Shown here one piece after another: positions 59,648 through 64,000 of a DNA stretch of 64,000 nt (its first letter is position 1; each line of letters begins with the position of its first letter). Under the pieces are notes generated by a model. The model saw nothing but the letters and a program-made list of their open reading frames with translations. It was not told where the DNA came from and made no database searches. This stretch comes from an uncultured bacterium (GTDB lineage Bacteria; Armatimonadota; JACIXR01), in assembly GCA_938041455.1 (NCBI GenBank), contig CALITO010000008.1, positions 206,319 to 270,318 of the forward strand, written 5' to 3'. The position numbers and the translations under genes were made by a program.

Positions 59648-61110
59648 AAAATATGAAGATATTTGAACTCACCGCAAGGGAAATTAGGGAAAAGATAAGA
59701 AAAAAAGAGATTAGTCCAAGGGAGATTATATCTTCATACCTTGAGCGAATAGAGGCTATAGAGCCAAAGATAAGAGCATACATAACCGTTGCCTCCGAGA
59801 CTGCTATTGAAATGGCAGAAAGTCTGGAAGAACGTTTGATGAAGGGAGAGGATGTTGGGATTTTGGCGGGTATACCCATAGCAATAAAGGACAATATTTG
59901 CACGAAGAACATGCGCACCACATGTGCCTCCCGTATTCTGGAAAATTTCTTTCCCCCGTATGACGCCACAGTTGTTAATCTTCTAAAAAAGGCTGGGGCG
60001 ATAATAATAGGGAAGACCAATATGGATGAATTCGCTATGGGGTCCTCTACAGAGAATTCCGCCTTCTTCCCTACCCGCAATCCCTATGATTTGGAGAGAG
60101 TGCCGGGTGGTTCCTCCGGCGGCTCGGCTGCCGCCGTAGCGGCAAGAGAAGCACCTTTAGCCCTCGGCTCCGATACAGGTGGTTCTATCCGGCAACCCGC
60201 TTCATTCTGTGGAATAGTTGGGTTCAAGCCAACCTATGGCAGAGTATCCCGCTATGGATTGGTCGCATTCGCCTCCAGTCTCGACCAGATAGGTCCTTTA
60301 ACCACCAATGTGGAGGATTGTATACTATTGTTCTATGTTATAGGTCGCTACGATCCATTAGATTCCACCTCTGCTCCGCTTCCCACACCCTCTTTGGAGG
60401 AAATGCTTATTCCAGAAGCCAAAGACTTAAGGATAGGACTTGTTGAAGAACTTTTTGGTGAGGGAATAGAGAAAGAGGTGAGGGAAGGAGTTTTAAATGC
60501 GGTCAGATACTTTGAGGAAATGGGAGCAAGTTTGGAATGGGTTTCCCTTCCTCACCTTTCTTATGCCCTCCCCTGCTATTACATAATAGCTCCCTCAGAA
60601 GCTTCCTCTAACCTTGCGAGATATGACGGAGTAAAATATGGGCTGAGGGTGGATGCGGAGGGAGTAATACCTATGTATATGGAGACAAGGGACAAAGGCT
60701 TTGGCCCCGAGGTAAAGAGAAGGATAATGCTGGGAACTTATGCACTTTCAGCTGGCTATTACGATGCCTATTACCTCAAGGCATTAAAGGTGCGTTCTTT
60801 GATAAAGCGAGATTTCGACAGAGCTTTTGAGAAATTCGACATCCTTATATCTCCAACCTCTCCCATTCCCCCCTTTAAGATTGGGGAGAAAATAGACGAC
60901 CCTCTGAAAATGTATATGGCTGATATTTGCACTATACCTATTAATCTTGCTGCCTTACCCGCTCTTTCCATCCCCGCTGGCTTAGATCCTCAGGGACTAC
61001 CTATAGGATTACAGATGATAGCCAAACCCTTTGAGGAGACCACGCTTCTACGCGCCGCACTCGCCTATGAGAAAGCACATCCCTTCCTCCCTCTTAAACC
61101 GTCCCTCTAA
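59644..61110 (+). CDS. gatA: Asp-tRNA(Asn)/Glu-tRNA(Gln) amidotransferase subunit A (ATG likely 59653)
   Basis: '[17 protein letters not shown]', '[12 protein letters not shown]', '[12 protein letters not shown]', 'SSNLARYDG', '[10 protein letters not shown]'. Confidence 0.97.
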   Translation: MKNMKIFELTAREIREKIRKKEISPREIISSYLERIEAIEPKIRAYITVASETAIEMAESLEERLMKGEDVGILAGIPIAIKDNICTKNMRTTCASRILENFFPPYDATVVNLLKKAGAIIIGKTNMDEFAMGSSTENSAFFPTRNPYDLERVPGGSSGGSAAAVAAREAPLALGSDTGGSIRQPASFCGIVGFKPTYGRVSRYGLVAFASSLDQIGPLTTNVEDCILLFYVIGRYDPLDSTSAPLPTPSLEEMLIPEAKDLRIGLVEELFGEGIEKEVREGVLNAVRYFEEMGASLEWVSLPHLSYALPCYYIIAPSEASSNLARYDGVKYGLRVDAEGVIPMYMETRDKGFGPEVKRRIMLGTYALSAGYYDAYYLKALKVRSLIKRDFDRAFEKFDILISPTSPIPPFKIGEKIDDPLKMYMADICTIPINLAALPALSIPAGLDPQGLPIGLQMIAKPFEETTLLRAALAYEKAHPFLPLKPSL

Positions 61111-61114
61111 GGCC

Positions 61115-61522
61115 TTACCAAGGTGAAGCAGGAGGAAGGGGAGAGGTTAGCTGGGAGGCTGGCTTCCCCTCCACACCATTCAATAGTGCGCTTACAAAGA
61201 ATGTTATATCCTTTATCAGGTCGTCCTTGTCGTAAAGGGCGAGGGTGTAGGAAGTGTTTGAGGTGGTGTCTATAAACTTTGGAGAACTCTCGTCTTCCCT
61301 CTGCTTGTAGATTTTATACGAGCTTGCTCCATTCACAGAATCCCATTGCATCTTCACCACCTGCTTAGTGTAATCGTAATGTCCGGAGGCATCCCTTGCC
61401 CAATCCCTCTCCACGGAGAAATTTTGAGGAAGTGGTGGAGAGGGTGCTCCCCCGCCACCTCCTCCACAGGAGGTGAGAAGCAAAGCCAAACCAAGGGTAA
61501 GGAATAGAAGGGTTTTATTCAT
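61115..61522 (-). CDS. Lipoprotein with FN3-like beta domain
   Basis: Lipobox 'LLTSC', then GGGGGG/Pro linker; 'W.SV.GASSYKIY' FN3-like motif; ATGA overlap with the upstream gene. Confidence 0.75.
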   Translation of the reverse strand: MNKTLLFLTLGLALLLTSCGGGGGGAPSPPLPQNFSVERDWARDASGHYDYTKQVVKMQWDSVNGASSYKIYKQREDESSPKFIDTTSNTSYTLALYDKDDLIKDITFFVSALLNGVEGKPASQLTSPLPPASPW

Positions 61523-63999
61523 CGCAGGTTCACCATCCTTATAGCTTTTACAATCTGGTTTGCATCATCTTGGGCCATCAACTCTATTATATAAATACCA
61601 GCGGGCAAACGCCTTCCCTCTTTATCCCTACAATCCCAGAAGAAGCTGTTTATCCCTGCGAAACCTCTTTTGTTTATACCTCCTATAGTTCTCCCATCTA
61701 AACCCTTTATCATCAATCGCACATTGCATTCTCCGCTTAAGTTCCAGAAGATGTTAACTCCTCCTCTTGTAGAGCGCACCTCTAATCCGCTTATCAAAAG
61801 GCTGGGAAGAAGACCCCTCCCAGCCTCAACTATAATCCGTTTCTCCCCTTCAATATCGAGTTCTACGGAAGGCGTAGTGGGAATATAAATCCGTCTCTTA
61901 CCATCTCTTAAAATCATCTGGACTCCTTTGGGAAGTTGCGACAAGTTAGTAAAGCGAAGGGTAACAGCTCCTTGATCTCGGAGACACAATGTCCAGGTAT
62001 GTGTTGGACCCTTCTCCTCCTCAAGAGAAATGAGGAGGGGTTGATTGTTCTTGAGTATGAAAAAGCGGGGAGAATAAGTGGATGAGGGCGGGGAAGGAGG
62101 TAATGGAGCTTGAAATTCCCTCCTACTCAATCCTATGTAAACGGTTTCGTCTTTTCCATCAGGGAATAAGGCTTGCACCCCGATGCTCCAGAGCATATCA
62201 CCATAATCCTTGTGTCGCACCTCTTTAGAGGACCAAGGGTTAACTGGAAACACAAGAGTGCAATTTTGTTTAACCCTTGCCCAGTAGCCAAACCAAGGGT
62301 AAAGGTACCTCTCCGCTCCCTGGAGGGAAGAGGAGGCTATTTTATAGGTCGTTGTTTGAGAATCCCAACGATAAAATAGAGGAGCTATGTAAGAAGTAGC
62401 TTCGGAAATAGGAAGCAGGTTGCTTCCTACTTGAACCTTTAGTGAACTTACCGGGATAACATAGGGCCAGGGAAGCCCAACGATTTGCCAACCTTTCTCG
62501 AGGTAGACCGATACCTGTTTATCTCCCTTTTCAATTTTTCCATTGAATATGATGTTTGGAGGAGTAGATGAGAACTTGACCCACAGCCCTCCACCAGGGA
62601 TAAGTGTGGGATCGCTTGAAAACTCATAGCCCACCCCCCTCCACAGGGCCGAGTGCTCCAAGTTTGTCAAAACATTTCTAACTTTGTTATCTTTGACTTT
62701 GAAAGGTATTGAAACGAGCTCTATTGTCTTAGAAGGGAGGTAAGTAGCAGGAACATTAAAGTTAACCGTTATTTGAGAGACATTACCTACCAAGTCGGAG
62801 GCAGAAACGATAAGAGAATGGCTGCCTGAGGAGAGCGGTGAAGGAGGGAAACCAATGTAGCAGTCATTTAGAGCATCATAGGTCAGGGTAATATTCTGGT
62901 TATCTAACTTAAAACTTAAGTTTTTATCGTTTAAATGGTCGTCTTTTATCCGAACCGCAATAGGAGGATAAGGTGAGACATTGCCCCCCAAGGGAGATAT
63001 TGTTTCAATTTTTGGCGGGATGCTATCCACGGTAGTGGAAACTATGTTGCTTTCAATAGATATATCAGGCAGGGAAGCTTTATTTGAAATAATGACCCCA
63101 TTGGCCACAGAACTACCGATCTTGACTTTAAAGGAAACATTCCCCTGGGCACCAACGGGTAGATCCAACTTCCATTTTAGCTTGCTACCATCAAATATGG
63201 GGTTTCCCGTAGCGCTATTTTCCACATAGGTTGTGTTTTGGGGGATTTTGTCAGTTAAGGTAAGATCTTTAAGATTGTAATTACTATTATTCTTATAGGT
63301 TATTGTGTAAGTCAACTCTCCTCCTGGTTTCGCTATCTCCTTATCAACAGTCTTTTTGAGGGCAACAGGAAGCGGGGTAGCGAAGGCTTTGAGGCAAACA
63401 TTTGTGTTAGGGAGGTAAGTTGTTATATCGCTCCATTGCTTGCCATCTGGACTTACGAAGCTTTCTCCGGGGTTCGCTCTTGCCTTGCTACTATAACCTC
63501 CAATGGGCGTTTCCACAGCAACCGGTAGATCCCATCCTGGTGTATTGATGTATATAACCACTGAGAATCTTTGCCCACTTGATACAACTACAGGTGAATC
63601 TAATATTACCGTATGATAACCAGGGATAGCAAACTCTCCGTTTTTGGAACTCTTGAGTGTTCCACTTATTGGTTGCCCAGGTGTGACTCCCGTATACACA
63701 TAGACAGCGTAGATAGAATTAGGCACAGGGGTATAGAAGCTCACCGCCATTATTGACTCAGTGCGTATAGCAGCGAATATGTTAGCGAACCAGGCAGTGG
63801 AGCTATATGAATAACCTACTAGGCTGGTAAATCCCAATGTATCATACTGATACATAGAGGCGTAATTATTCACACTTTCACCAGCGGGGAAGATAACATT
63901 AGAGGTGCCAATTTGGGAATCATAGTAAGAAACATAAAAGTAGCCGCCGTCTCCCCAACTAGGACCCCAACTATTACGAACTATGAAGGCACCATCTCC
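61519..63999 (-). CDS. Papain-family (C1A) cysteine peptidase surface protein with lectin-like, DUF11, Ig and FlgD-like C-terminal domains (5' partial)
   Basis: Frame stays open to the window edge: 'GAFIVRNSWG.SWGDGGYFYVSYYD' (C1A Asn motif), 'YQYD.LG..AN.F..ES..S.DG..W.D..N.CLKAF', 'KKTVDK..AKPGGELTYTI', 'WDCRD..GRRLPAGIYII'. Confidence 0.85.
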   Translation of the reverse strand, partial: GDGAFIVRNSWGPSWGDGGYFYVSYYDSQIGTSNVIFPAGESVNNYASMYQYDTLGFTSLVGYSYSSTAWFANIFAAIRTESIMAVSFYTPVPNSIYAVYVYTGVTPGQPISGTLKSSKNGEFAIPGYHTVILDSPVVVSSGQRFSVVIYINTPGWDLPVAVETPIGGYSSKARANPGESFVSPDGKQWSDITTYLPNTNVCLKAFATPLPVALKKTVDKEIAKPGGELTYTITYKNNSNYNLKDLTLTDKIPQNTTYVENSATGNPIFDGSKLKWKLDLPVGAQGNVSFKVKIGSSVANGVIISNKASLPDISIESNIVSTTVDSIPPKIETISPLGGNVSPYPPIAVRIKDDHLNDKNLSFKLDNQNITLTYDALNDCYIGFPPSPLSSGSHSLIVSASDLVGNVSQITVNFNVPATYLPSKTIELVSIPFKVKDNKVRNVLTNLEHSALWRGVGYEFSSDPTLIPGGGLWVKFSSTPPNIIFNGKIEKGDKQVSVYLEKGWQIVGLPWPYVIPVSSLKVQVGSNLLPISEATSYIAPLFYRWDSQTTTYKIASSSLQGAERYLYPWFGYWARVKQNCTLVFPVNPWSSKEVRHKDYGDMLWSIGVQALFPDGKDETVYIGLSRREFQAPLPPSPPSSTYSPRFFILKNNQPLLISLEEEKGPTHTWTLCLRDQGAVTLRFTNLSQLPKGVQMILRDGKRRIYIPTTPSVELDIEGEKRIIVEAGRGLLPSLLISGLEVRSTRGGVNIFWNLSGECNVRLMIKGLDGRTIGGINKRGFAGINSFFWDCRDKEGRRLPAGIYIIELMAQDDANQIVKAIRMVNLR

Positions 64000-64000
64000 G

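Noticed and set aside
1..64000. CRISPR arrays, tRNA/rRNA, T-box or riboswitch leaders, IS elements, prophage, defence systems
   Set aside because: Intergenic gaps are all under about 200 bp and show no such structure; no integrase, transposase, cas or phage motifs recognised in the ORFs.

Overview
Gene-dense chromosomal window, almost entirely coding, from a diderm (LPS-making) bacterium with many Firmicute-like genes. The Glu/Lys-rich proteins and the gene set suggest a thermophilic Armatimonadota-like lineage (inference only). About 1-37.5 kb is mostly housekeeping: a lipid A/outer-membrane operon (ompH-like x2, lpxD, YjbH-like barrel, lpxC, fabZ, lpxA, lpxB) that runs into an ICMT/LmtA-like membrane methyltransferase and two glycosidase-like genes; hisF-hisI-TPR-PTS EIIC; ricT; metG-radical SAM-pcm; rfbD-ileS-lspA-lgt-rluA-gatB-oxidoreductase-spoIID; a decayed DegT aminotransferase; and amidase-gerMN-murI-rph-DUF4446 followed by an archaeal-like (group II/III) chaperonin. 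About 37.5-59.3 kb is a carbohydrate-utilisation island: several large secreted glycosidase-like proteins, GH36, GH78, a DUF6785-type membrane protein, an ADP-ribosylglycohydrolase-fold protein, an MDR dehydrogenase and a TIM-barrel isomerase. It includes an in-frame TAG splitting a CBM9-like domain and a small degenerate GIY-YIG-like gene next to a 13-bp perfect inverted repeat. gatCA and a partial papain-family surface protein with an FlgD-like C-terminal tail end the window. I saw no rRNA, tRNA, CRISPR array, transposase or prophage. All family assignments are from motif recognition, not database searches.
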